Below the pieces are notes generated by a model. It was not told the DNA's origin, made no database searches, and was given only the letters and a program-made list of their open reading frames with translations. From the NCBI GenBank assembly GCA_046861395.1, contig JBHHUC010000005.1:4948-68947 (forward strand): a DNA stretch of 64,000 nucleotides, in the 5' to 3' direction. This DNA comes from Fidelibacterota bacterium (GTDB lineage Bacteria; Fidelibacterota; Marinisomatia; Marinisomatales; JABMOV01). Within the stretch, counting starts at the first letter, position 1. Every line of letters starts with the position of its first letter. The position numbers and the translations under genes are program-made. Below are positions 46,990 to 55,171 of this stretch, piece after piece.

Positions 46990-48360
46990 TCAGTTGTCTG
47001 TTTCCAGACTGTATTGCTGCAGTTTATTGCGCAGTGTGCGAACATTAATACCCAGGATTTCAGCGGCCCGGGTGCGATTATTATTGGTGCGCTCCAGGGT
47101 GCTGATGATGAGATGTTTTTCCATTTCAGCAATTGACATGTTGCGTGAAAAAGGCTGTGATTCCTGCGGGGGATGAGGAATGATGTCCTCTCGGAAATTT
47201 TCTAGGGACAGTTTGATATTGTTGCCGGCATAAAGAATGGCCCGTTCGATGAGATTTTCCAGTTGACGAACGTTTCCCGGCCAATCCCGGCGGCATAAAT
47301 CGTCAATGATTTCCTGATCGATTCGTTTTTTCTTCCCTTTATATTTCGCATTAAATTTTTCCAGGAAATGTTTGACCAACAACGGCACATCTTCCAGCCG
47401 CTCCCGGAGCGGCGGAACAACGATGGGAAATACATTGAGGCGGTAATAAAGGTCGGCCCGGAAGTTTCCTTCCTGTATTTCATCGGCAATGGATTGGTTG
47501 GACGTGGCAATAATTCTTACATCTACCGGGATCTCCTTCGTACTGCCAACGCGATTTATTTTATTTTCCTGTAACACACGTAACAACTTGGCCTGCATGG
47601 CTGGTGTTGTTTCCGTGATTTCATCCAATAATAAGGTGCCTCCGTCCGCTTCTTCAAAAAGACCCTTATGTTGTTTTATGGCACTGGTAAAGGCTCCTTT
47701 TTCATGGCCGAAAAACGTGCTATCATAAAGAGTTTCCGGGATGGCAGAACAGTTTATCTTGATAAACGGCTTATCGGCCCGGTTGCTGGTGTTGTGAATC
47801 GTGCGGGCGATGATTTCCTTGCCCGTACCGCTTTCACCCTGAATAAATACAGGAGCATCACTGTTACACACAATTTCAATCTGGGAATGAATGGCTTTGA
47901 TCCCGGGACTTTCACCAATCAGAACCTGATATTTTTCCTTATCGGATAATTTTCGTTTCAGCGCCCTATTCTCACCTACCAGACTAATGTATTCGAAATA
48001 GCGTTGTACGCGGGATTCAATCTGTGAAATGGAAAATGGTTTGGTAATAAAATCAAAGGCGCCGTCTTTCAGCGTTTTCACCGCTGTTTCAACGGTTCCG
48101 TATGCCGTGATGAATATGAAACCGGTGTCGGGAAATTTCTCCTTTGTCATGGCCATGAGTTCTGGTCCGTTGACACGCGGCATTACAAAGTCCGTTATAA
48201 CCAGATCACAGGGATTATCCTTCAAAGAATCAAATGCTTCTTCGCCGTTTTTGGCAATACTTACATCATATCCGCTGCTGGTCAGAGCATCCTTCAATAT
48301 GCTGCGCATACTGTAATCATCATCCACGACCATGAGTTTTTTTCTGACTTCGGCTGACAT
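46990..48360 (-). CDS. sigma54-dependent response regulator (NtrC family; FleR/FlrC-like)
   Basis: REC domain ('LMVVDDD...DLVITDFVMP'), AAA+ domain ('GESGTGKE', 'GAFTSA' = GAFTGA variant, 'RADLYYRLNV'), and a C-terminal Fis-type HTH ('TRAAEILGINVRTLRNKL'). Confidence 0.93.
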   Translation of the reverse strand: MSAEVRKKLMVVDDDYSMRSILKDALTSSGYDVSIAKNGEEAFDSLKDNPCDLVITDFVMPRVNGPELMAMTKEKFPDTGFIFITAYGTVETAVKTLKDGAFDFITKPFSISQIESRVQRYFEYISLVGENRALKRKLSDKEKYQVLIGESPGIKAIHSQIEIVCNSDAPVFIQGESGTGKEIIARTIHNTSNRADKPFIKINCSAIPETLYDSTFFGHEKGAFTSAIKQHKGLFEEADGGTLLLDEITETTPAMQAKLLRVLQENKINRVGSTKEIPVDVRIIATSNQSIADEIQEGNFRADLYYRLNVFPIVVPPLRERLEDVPLLVKHFLEKFNAKYKGKKKRIDQEIIDDLCRRDWPGNVRQLENLIERAILYAGNNIKLSLENFREDIIPHPPQESQPFSRNMSIAEMEKHLIISTLERTNNNRTRAAEILGINVRTLRNKLQQYSLETDN

Positions 48361-48372
48361 TTCTGACCTTAG

Positions 48373-48957
48373 CTACTCGTTGGTAACAGTATTTTCTTCC
48401 GGAGTTGCAGTATGCATTGAATAGGATTGTTTCATCAGGTTTTCTTCCAGTTTCAGCACTTGACTTTCCGGCACAGGTTCATCTCTGGTTTCCAATTTGG
48501 CAATATGTTTCTTCAATTCTTGATTTTCCTCCATCAGTTGCAGGACACGTTTTTCCCTTTTTTCCGCCACTTCTGTTTCCTGCAGCAGATGTCGCCCCCG
48601 GTCCAGAGCTGCCTTCAGTTCATCCAGATGGAACGGTTTCATGAGGTAATCCAAATATCGCTTCCTCAGGGCATCAATACAACCCTTCAGGCTGGGGCGG
48701 GCAGTCATCAGAATAATGAAACACCGGGGATTACCATTCTGTACCACTTCCGCCAGCATGGGATTGCCGCGGGGTGTGATCTGCAATGATAAAAGAGCGA
48801 AATCCAATGTTTCACGATCACTGATTTTTCGGGCCTCCATATAATCCGTGGCCGGGTAAACAGTAAAGCCGTAGTCTTGCAGGGCGGTTTCTAACTGCTG
48901 AACCACCGCAGCGTCTTTGTCGGCCACAAGAATCGCTGAATGATGTGAATCTGGCAC
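48373..48957 (-). CDS. pseudo-receiver protein with C-terminal coiled coil
   Basis: The REC fold is present ('AILVADKD', 'FIILMTA', 'YLMKPF'), but the phospho-acceptor position reads 'FALLSLQ' (Ser, not Asp). The start is ambiguous: a GTG at 48957 avoids a 116-nt overlap with the upstream ORF, while the ATG-initiated ORF reaches 49098. Confidence 0.6.
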   Translation of the reverse strand: MPDSHHSAILVADKDAAVVQQLETALQDYGFTVYPATDYMEARKISDRETLDFALLSLQITPRGNPMLAEVVQNGNPRCFIILMTARPSLKGCIDALRKRYLDYLMKPFHLDELKAALDRGRHLLQETEVAEKREKRVLQLMEENQELKKHIAKLETRDEPVPESQVLKLEENLMKQSYSMHTATPEENTVTNE

Positions 48958-48982
48958 AAATATCCGTGTTTTATTTGATTTT

Positions 48983-49255
48983 TTATTGCTCCGTGAAGTT
49001 AAAATGTATTTCGACCGCTTGCCCGCAGGCACAGGTATGGACCACACCAACGATTTCATCATTTTCAATGAGTGGTTGAATATCATGATCCTTGGCAAAA
49101 GTATGGTGTTTTACCTGGATCGGCCTCGGGTCTTCCAGCCGAATCTGATCCTGTTTGATTACAGGATTCCGGTTTGGAACTCTCATGGATTGTCCTTCTA
49201 TTATATGTTTTCCAAGCAGGTTAAATCCTGTTTCGGTGTGTTTATTTTCTAACAT
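48983..49255 (-). CDS. hypothetical 90-aa protein
   Basis: ORF at the head of the regulator operon. It has the Cys pair 'HTCACG'. No family recognised. Confidence 0.4.
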   Translation of the reverse strand: MLENKHTETGFNLLGKHIIEGQSMRVPNRNPVIKQDQIRLEDPRPIQVKHHTFAKDHDIQPLIENDEIVGVVHTCACGQAVEIHFNFTEQ

Positions 49256-49289
49256 ATTGTGTCACCAGGGTTTGTTCCCAGGCAATGTT

Positions 49290-49304
49290 ACAACATTCTT
49301 GCCA
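49290..49304 (-). promoter_or_regulatory. candidate sigma54-like promoter upstream of the regulator operon
   Basis: The minus strand reads TGGCAA-gaatg-TTGT, with one mismatch in each element. It lies about 35 nt upstream of ATG 49255. Confidence 0.3.
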
Positions 49305-49399
49305 CGGCAGGAACCTGAAAGAAAACAATTTCATTTCCAAGGAATATTTTACCCATAATCGGAATTAAATTCCTAAGGCTGTGTAAAAAGAAGCTGTGA

Positions 49400-50080
49400 C
49401 TATTTTTCCGGGGTGCGGGATTTGTCCAGATCGATCATGAGGGGACCGCCTTCGGAATATTCAACCGAACTCAGTTTATTGATTTCACCGATTTTTTGTG
49501 TAACCAGATGAATTTTGACGGCATTCTCTATGATGGATCGGAGATGTTCCCGCGTTTCCAGTGAAGCCTCTTTATTGGATAATAATAAAAATTCTGCTGT
49601 GGAAATGATAGTTTGCAGAGGTGTATTGATTTCATGACTGGCAGTAACCGCCAGTTGATGAATGGCATCAATGCCGTATTCTTTCATGGATTCCTGCCGG
49701 TCCCGGACTTTCCTTAAGGCGGCCCGGACGCGGGCGCGGATTTCCTGATTACTGCAGGGTTTTACGATATATTCGTCGGCACCGTGGGTGAGGCCCTTTA
49801 CGATGCGCTTGGTATCGCTCACAGCCGTCAGCATAATAAAATAACAATCGGAATATTTAGGATGCGTTTTTACCCGTTCACATAATTCTTCCCCGGACAG
49901 ATTCGGCATCATGATATCGGAAAGAATCACATCGGGTTTCTCTTTCTCGATCTGTTTCAGGCCTTCGGCTCCGTCCCTGGCCAAAAAGATATCCACATCA
50001 TCCTTTTTGAATAAAAAATGGAGCGCCTTTAAAAAGGGCTCATTATCCTCAATAATGAGCAATTTCATCCGATCGCTCAT
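49400..50080 (-). CDS. response-regulator receiver fused to a DHp/HisKA-like domain, no ATPase domain
   Basis: Canonical REC domain ('LLIIEDN', 'VILSDIMMP', 'IMLTA', 'YIVKP') followed by the H-box 'VTASHEINTPLQTI'. The ORF ends at 226 aa without N/G boxes. Confidence 0.8.
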   Translation of the reverse strand: MSDRMKLLIIEDNEPFLKALHFLFKKDDVDIFLARDGAEGLKQIEKEKPDVILSDIMMPNLSGEELCERVKTHPKYSDCYFIMLTAVSDTKRIVKGLTHGADEYIVKPCSNQEIRARVRAALRKVRDRQESMKEYGIDAIHQLAVTASHEINTPLQTIISTAEFLLLSNKEASLETREHLRSIIENAVKIHLVTQKIGEINKLSSVEYSEGGPLMIDLDKSRTPEK

Positions 50081-50236
50081 TGCCGCCCCCGGGGTTGCGC
50101 TGGGATATATAATTTAAATGGCATACGACCTTTTTCCTTTGTTGAATTCTTCCCCGATTTTGGTTTCAACCGATTGATTAACGCCGTATAATTTACACAG
50201 CCTGGTAAGGAATCTTTGTAACATTCTAATTCCAGA

Positions 50237-51055
50237 CTAATTATCGGCCTCCGTGTCCGATTCCTTTTTCATTTCCCCTTCCATTTCTCCCATCTTCATA
50301 CGTTCGATACTGCCTCTTTCATAAACAATTTCTACTCGTCGATTCTTGTTCCGACCTTCCACTGTATTATTATTGCCCACCGGTCGGTATTCTGCAAATC
50401 CTTCCGCCGATAATTGTTCGGGGGGAATACCATTTTCGATGAGATAACGAACAATTCTACTGGCCCGGTTGGCCGATAGTTCCCAGTTGGAAGGAAACAG
50501 TTCGGTGTTAATGGGACGATTGTCCGTATGCCCCTCAACCTTGATATGGTAATCAAATTGTTTGAGCATATCTTTTACCTTGTTCAGAATATCTAACCCT
50601 TCCGGGTTGATGGCTGTTTCCCCCGGGGGAAACAGCACAAGATCCGATATTGTAATGACGGCGCCGCGGCCATCCTGCTTGACCTGAACCTGACCTCCTA
50701 ATTTATTTTTCATTATGAATTCTTCCACTTCGGACTGGATGCTGTCCAATTCAGCCTGGACCATTCCACCCAATTCATCCACCGCTTCCGGTTTGCTTTC
50801 GGTACCCATATTTAACATTTCCAGTCCTTCGCGGGTCCCGGCCATGGGAACATCCTCTTTTCCAATGGCAGAACGCAACGATTGTACCAGCTGAGCAAAT
50901 TTATCCATTTTTGTTTCACTCATGGAAAACAGCAGAATAAAAAAGGTTAACAACAGTGTCATCAGGTCGCCATAGGTCATTAACCAGCCGGCGCCCTCCT
51001 CACCAGATTCGGGTTCGTCGTCAGGAATATAAGGCTGGGTTTCTTCTTCGGACAT
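50237..51055 (-). CDS. motB: flagellar stator protein MotB (OmpA-like C-terminus)
   Basis: 'AGWLMTYGDLMTLLLTFFILLFSMS' contains the conserved TM Asp. The C-terminal OmpA motif is 'GHTDNRPI......NWELSANRA'. Confidence 0.93.
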   Translation of the reverse strand: MSEEETQPYIPDDEPESGEEGAGWLMTYGDLMTLLLTFFILLFSMSETKMDKFAQLVQSLRSAIGKEDVPMAGTREGLEMLNMGTESKPEAVDELGGMVQAELDSIQSEVEEFIMKNKLGGQVQVKQDGRGAVITISDLVLFPPGETAINPEGLDILNKVKDMLKQFDYHIKVEGHTDNRPINTELFPSNWELSANRASRIVRYLIENGIPPEQLSAEGFAEYRPVGNNNTVEGRNKNRRVEIVYERGSIERMKMGEMEGEMKKESDTEADN

Positions 51056-51060
51056 AACGG

Positions 51061-51855
51061 TTATTTCTTACCTTTGACTTTGGGCTTGGCCGCTTTTTCC
51101 GCTTTTTTCGTTTCATTAGAGGCCAAGAATTTGTTCAGCTTATCCTCCATCAGTTTGGGGTTTTCAGAGGCCTGAATGGAACGAATAGCTTCGATGACCA
51201 AATTGTTCAGCAGGGCTTCCTGATGACTCCGACGCTGAAGTTTGACGGCGATAGGCACACAAAACATATTTGCAATAATCGCTCCGTAAAATGTGGTCAA
51301 CAGTGCCACAGCCATTTTGGGTCCGATGGTGGACGGGTCGGACAATTCTGCCAACATCTGAATCAGGCCGATTAGTGTTCCCACCATTCCAAAGGCCGGA
51401 GCATATTTTCCCATCTCAACAAAGATTTCCCAGCCGACTCGGTGGCGGTGTTTGATATTCACTACTTCAATCTGCAGAATATTGTTTATGGACGGATTAG
51501 GAACACCATCGACAACCAGTTGCAAACCCTTCCGCAGAAAATCATAGTTTACTTTACTCAGTTCCTTATCCAGGGCCAGGAGTCCGTCCCGACGCGCTTT
51601 GATTGATAATTCCACCATTTCTTTTATCAACTTCCTGGGATCGGTGGCCTTAAACAGGAATACCTTCCTTAATGTACCGAAGACTTTAAATACTTCGTTT
51701 AAGGGGTAAGCAATAAGGGTTGCGGCAATCGTCCCGCCTACCACAATTAAAAATCCAGGTGCATTAACAAATAATTCCAATCCTGAATTCAACAGAATGG
51801 AAAACACAATCAATCCTACACCGGTTACAATACCAACTACGGTTGCAATATCCAT
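51061..51855 (-). CDS. motA: flagellar stator protein MotA
   Basis: Four TM helices and the MotA/ExbB signature 'APAFGMVGTLIGLIQML...ALLTTFYGAIIAN'. Confidence 0.93.
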   Translation of the reverse strand: MDIATVVGIVTGVGLIVFSILLNSGLELFVNAPGFLIVVGGTIAATLIAYPLNEVFKVFGTLRKVFLFKATDPRKLIKEMVELSIKARRDGLLALDKELSKVNYDFLRKGLQLVVDGVPNPSINNILQIEVVNIKHRHRVGWEIFVEMGKYAPAFGMVGTLIGLIQMLAELSDPSTIGPKMAVALLTTFYGAIIANMFCVPIAVKLQRRSHQEALLNNLVIEAIRSIQASENPKLMEDKLNKFLASNETKKAEKAAKPKVKGKK

Positions 51856-51882
51856 CGTGCTCTACTCATGGCTGTATCGTAT

Positions 51883-52074
51883 TCATTGTTTTTGTTCCCA
51901 ATCATCCGTTTTTTCGCCGGGCTGAAACAGATTTAACAACGCCTGACGATAAAACCTCCATTGACCGCCGATCTTTACAGCAGGGATTTTGCCTTCATGA
52001 ATCAACTTGTACATGGTTCGTTCCTTGATGCCAAGGAAAACGCAGGCTTCTTTTATGTTTAATATTTGATTCAT
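51883..52074 (-). CDS. excisionase/MerR-type helix-turn-helix protein (paralog 1)
   Basis: 'LNIKEACVFLGIKERTMYKLIHEGKIPAVKIGGQWRF' is the HTH_17 pattern. The start is set at 'MNQILNIKEA' (52074), because the longer ORF (to 52113) would begin 8 nt from the sigma28 -10 box. Confidence 0.75.
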   Translation of the reverse strand: MNQILNIKEACVFLGIKERTMYKLIHEGKIPAVKIGGQWRFYRQALLNLFQPGEKTDDWEQKQ

Positions 52075-52120
52075 CTGTTTTCTGCCTCGGTCCTTTCGCC
52101 GTAATCCGGTCATACTCTTA

Positions 52121-52147
52121 CCATCGGTGAAAACGGGTAAATCTTTA
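52121..52147 (-). promoter_or_regulatory. sigma28 (FliA) promoter for HTH-motA-motB
   Basis: The minus strand reads TAAAGATT-N11-ACCGATGG, against the consensus TAAAGTTT-N11-GCCGATAA. Confidence 0.65.
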
Positions 52148-52297
52148 ACTTTTTTGCAGAATTTTGAACAAATTAACGGTAGAACAACCTTAGTCGCAGG
52201 ACATTGCAGAACATTGCCGGTTTTAAGATGGTGAATGATCCAAAATACAGGGGCGGAAAGAGGTTATGTCTGAAATGTAAGAATCGATTTTGAGCTC

Positions 52298-52768
52298 TCA
52301 GAACTCTTCATCCAGAATTCTCCGGACGATTACAGCGACAATTTCGTCTGTGTTGTATTGACCCTGGTTGATTTTTTCACGTATGGCGGTAATGTCTACC
52401 GGCCGGGATGACGGTGGGTCCTGGGTTTCCCTTTTTATTTCCTGAAAAAGATTTTCGACTACAACATCCGTAATTACATCTTTCAGGTATTCCCCTTTCA
52501 TGACCTTGGCTTTAATGGCCGCCAGCCGATCATGGTCCGTATCCGGCAACCGGGAAAATGCATTCACATATTTATTGACTTCGGTCCCTTCCTGCAGCAA
52601 AGCCTGACCCGTATCAGAAATGGTGACTTTGTCCTTACCGGGACGAGGATCACCTTTAGCCGGATCCGATGATGGAGATATGGTTTCTTTCTCCTTTTGG
52701 GCCTGTTTTGTCTTTTCGGATTCGGAAAGATCGTTGGGAAAGGGCGGGATGTTCTTAATCGTTGTCAT
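52298..52768 (-). CDS. flgM: anti-sigma28 factor FlgM with duplicated C-terminal module
   Basis: There are two FlgM-type C-terminal motifs: 'RLAAIKAKVMKGEYLKDVITDVVVENL' and 'ITAIREKINQGQYNTDEIVAVIVRRIL'. The N-terminal half looks disordered. Confidence 0.75.
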   Translation of the reverse strand: MTTIKNIPPFPNDLSESEKTKQAQKEKETISPSSDPAKGDPRPGKDKVTISDTGQALLQEGTEVNKYVNAFSRLPDTDHDRLAAIKAKVMKGEYLKDVITDVVVENLFQEIKRETQDPPSSRPVDITAIREKINQGQYNTDEIVAVIVRRILDEEF

Positions 52769-52771
52769 CTG

Positions 52772-53185
52772 TTATTTCTGCAGGATATCAATAATCGGTT
52801 TGGTGGCCGTGTTCTGCCGGATTTCCAACGGAGAATTTCGGTTTATCAGGGTATTCAATTCACTCAGGACTTCCGATTTCATAATATGAACAATTTCCAT
52901 GACCCGGGCATCCAGGGCAATGATTTTCTTGGAAACGTTGGATATTTCATTCAGGATGTGTTCCGCATTGGAGCCTGAATTATATTGAATTTCCTGTTGA
53001 TAGATCTGCTCAATATCATTGATCAGATTGATATGCTTTTCCCGCTCATCCAGCAATTGCAGAATTGCTTCAATCGTGACCGAGTCCAAATCATTGATAA
53101 ACCGGTTGGTTTCCCGGAGAATATGATTAAAACAATCCAGTTCATCTTCGAGTAATTTTTTAATATTTACGATTCTTTCTTTCAT
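52772..53185 (-). CDS. FlgN/FliT-like flagellar chaperone (tentative)
   Basis: 137-aa all-helical protein tightly coupled between fliD and flgM. Call rests on position and composition only. Confidence 0.4.
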   Translation of the reverse strand: MKERIVNIKKLLEDELDCFNHILRETNRFINDLDSVTIEAILQLLDEREKHINLINDIEQIYQQEIQYNSGSNAEHILNEISNVSKKIIALDARVMEIVHIMKSEVLSELNTLINRNSPLEIRQNTATKPIIDILQK

Positions 53186-53187
53186 GA

Positions 53188-54669
53188 TTATCGGCTAAAT
53201 ACCTGGAAATATGATTGTTGTGAACTTAACCGTATCATGGCTTCCTGCAATTTGGAAAAATCGTCCCGCAGACGCATTTCCCTGTCATACAATAGATCTT
53301 CAGTAAACGAAATCCGGTCTTCCAGCAGCGTCAATTCATCTTCAATGACATTTTTACTGCCGTCGATGGTTCCCCCTACGGCAGTATAATTTTCGATATA
53401 TGATTTAATATTGGTCGCCACACCGTCCGTGGCGTTAAATACATCAGAAATATTGGTGGATAACCCTTCAATGGCGGTGGTGAACTTGTCCATATCCACG
53501 ATGGATAATTTGCCTTCATCATCAGCCTCAATACCAATATTGTATAATTTTGTATACGATGAGGACTGTGCTCCAGAAACAGTGGATACCGTATATCCGC
53601 GCAAGGTATTGGTAATATCCTTGTAAACCAAATCGTTGGATAGCAACCCGTTTTCTTCCGTGTCGGGATTGAATCGGGCATTTTCACGCATAAAAGTGAT
53701 AACATCGTTATAGGCCTCGATAAAACCGTTTACTTCTGTTTTCACTGCATCCACGTCTGCATTCACGGTAATGGTTTCAGTAGTGGTAAAAGTATCCAAT
53801 AATTGAATTGTCAGACCGGACAGGGCATCGGTTACATTGTTCGAGTCGCGGTAAAAGGTAAGACCATCCATCGTAAATTTTGCATTTAATTCACTCGTCG
53901 TGGCTGATGTACCTACGGTTGTTATGTAACCGCCACTGGTTCCGGTCGATAACACATTATTGCTTATTTCCAACGTGGATAAAAGTGAATCCGCACTATC
54001 CGTAAATCCTTGCCGGTATGTATATCCCGATCGTTCGCTGCGAAACATCAGGCGCGATTTTCCGCTTTCTTCGGTAACCACGGAGGCGTGTATGACTTCA
54101 TCACTGTCTATTGTTTCAGCGGTAACGGCATTGGACATGGCTGAATTCACGGCACTGGCGATATCCAGCAGTACCTCATCATCGGTTTTACTGAACGTGG
54201 CACTGGAAACTGTCACGGAAATATCCACGCGGTTCGAGGAATCGGCATCCGTCGGGTGAGCCACATTAATCGTAAAGGTCTGATCCGCTGTGAAGCCGGT
54301 GAAACTGGTGGCGGTATCGGTGTATTGTGTCGACACCCGGGTATCTGAAATGGCCAACCGTTCCACACTGATGGAATGATTGCCCAGTACCGACGACGAT
54401 CCAGCTGAAGCTGTTACTTTGGTTTCATCACTGGTGGACGCTTTTTTTGCGGAAAAATAATCGGTAATCGGATCGGTAAGTTTTTCAGTAACAGTATAAA
54501 GGCTGGACAGTTTTGAATCCAGTTCATTAAAGACATCCTTTTTGGATTCCAGGGTGTTTTTTTTGTTCAGCAGGGCATCAAGTGGCTGCCGCTCCAAGGC
54601 AATATACTGACCTACCAGGCGGTCAATGGAGGACTGGGAGCTAAAGATACTTTCAATATCGACCGACAT
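53188..54669 (-). CDS. fliD: flagellar filament cap protein FliD
   Basis: The N-terminus 'IDRLVGQYIALERQPLDAL' and the C-terminus 'R...FS.LQEAMIRLSSQQSY' support the call. The protein is 493 aa. Confidence 0.92.
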   Translation of the reverse strand: MSVDIESIFSSQSSIDRLVGQYIALERQPLDALLNKKNTLESKKDVFNELDSKLSSLYTVTEKLTDPITDYFSAKKASTSDETKVTASAGSSSVLGNHSISVERLAISDTRVSTQYTDTATSFTGFTADQTFTINVAHPTDADSSNRVDISVTVSSATFSKTDDEVLLDIASAVNSAMSNAVTAETIDSDEVIHASVVTEESGKSRLMFRSERSGYTYRQGFTDSADSLLSTLEISNNVLSTGTSGGYITTVGTSATTSELNAKFTMDGLTFYRDSNNVTDALSGLTIQLLDTFTTTETITVNADVDAVKTEVNGFIEAYNDVITFMRENARFNPDTEENGLLSNDLVYKDITNTLRGYTVSTVSGAQSSSYTKLYNIGIEADDEGKLSIVDMDKFTTAIEGLSTNISDVFNATDGVATNIKSYIENYTAVGGTIDGSKNVIEDELTLLEDRISFTEDLLYDREMRLRDDFSKLQEAMIRLSSQQSYFQVFSR

Positions 54670-54679
54670 GGGTAATACG

Positions 54680-55000
54680 CTATTGTTTCATGGCCTGTTT
54701 CCAGGTTGTCCGCAAATCGGACAACGCATCCCGGGCAGCGTCAAATTGTTCATTTTGAATGAGAAACTGAATATGGCGATATACTTGGAAGAATGTCGTA
54801 GCCAATTCTTTTTCATTAAAATTCAGGGCATTGATTAGCTCCTGAACGGCATTTTCGGCCTTTATCCGGTCTTTTCGAGAACAAAAGGCTATGCCGGCAT
54901 CAAAGATATAGGTTATTAATTGTTCTGGGGTAGCGGTTAATACTTTTTGTTTCAAGTAGATATTTGAAGTATGAACCTTGGACATGTCGGAACTTTTCAT
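54680..55000 (-). CDS. fliS: flagellin chaperone FliS
   Basis: 'VLTATPEQLITYIFDAGI' is the hallmark FliS motif. The gene lies upstream of fliD. Confidence 0.9.
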   Translation of the reverse strand: MKSSDMSKVHTSNIYLKQKVLTATPEQLITYIFDAGIAFCSRKDRIKAENAVQELINALNFNEKELATTFFQVYRHIQFLIQNEQFDAARDALSDLRTTWKQAMKQ

Positions 55001-55071
55001 ATTTTCTTCCTTCTTTCAATCTTTATCCGATAATCATACTGTTATTGGACGCATACATATTCATTACCCAA

Positions 55072-55098
55072 ATATCGTCGCTTTTTCGTAATTCTTTA
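55072..55098 (-). promoter_or_regulatory. candidate sigma28 promoter for fliS-fliD-orf-flgM
   Basis: The minus strand reads TAAAGAAT-N11-GACGATAT, immediately after the flagellin-1 terminator. Confidence 0.5.
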
Positions 55099-55099
55099 G

Positions 55100-55146
55100 T
55101 GTTTTTTTGAAAAATCTGGGAGGACGGGAATTGCTTCCCGTCCTCC
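55100..55146 (-). terminator. intrinsic terminator after flagellin 1
   Basis: Perfect 12-bp stem GGAGGACGGGAA-gcaa-TTCCCGTCCTCC on the minus strand. It is followed by cagaTTTTTc. Confidence 0.8.
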
Positions 55147-55171
55147 TGTGATCGTTCTGTGCTTATTTTTA

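Noticed and set aside
55026-55033. A perfect TCCGATAA (sigma28 -10-like) on the plus strand in the fliS leader.
   Set aside because: No TAAA -35 element sits 11 nt upstream (ttccttct instead), and there is no plus-strand gene downstream. It is probably a chance occurrence within the minus-strand 5' UTR.
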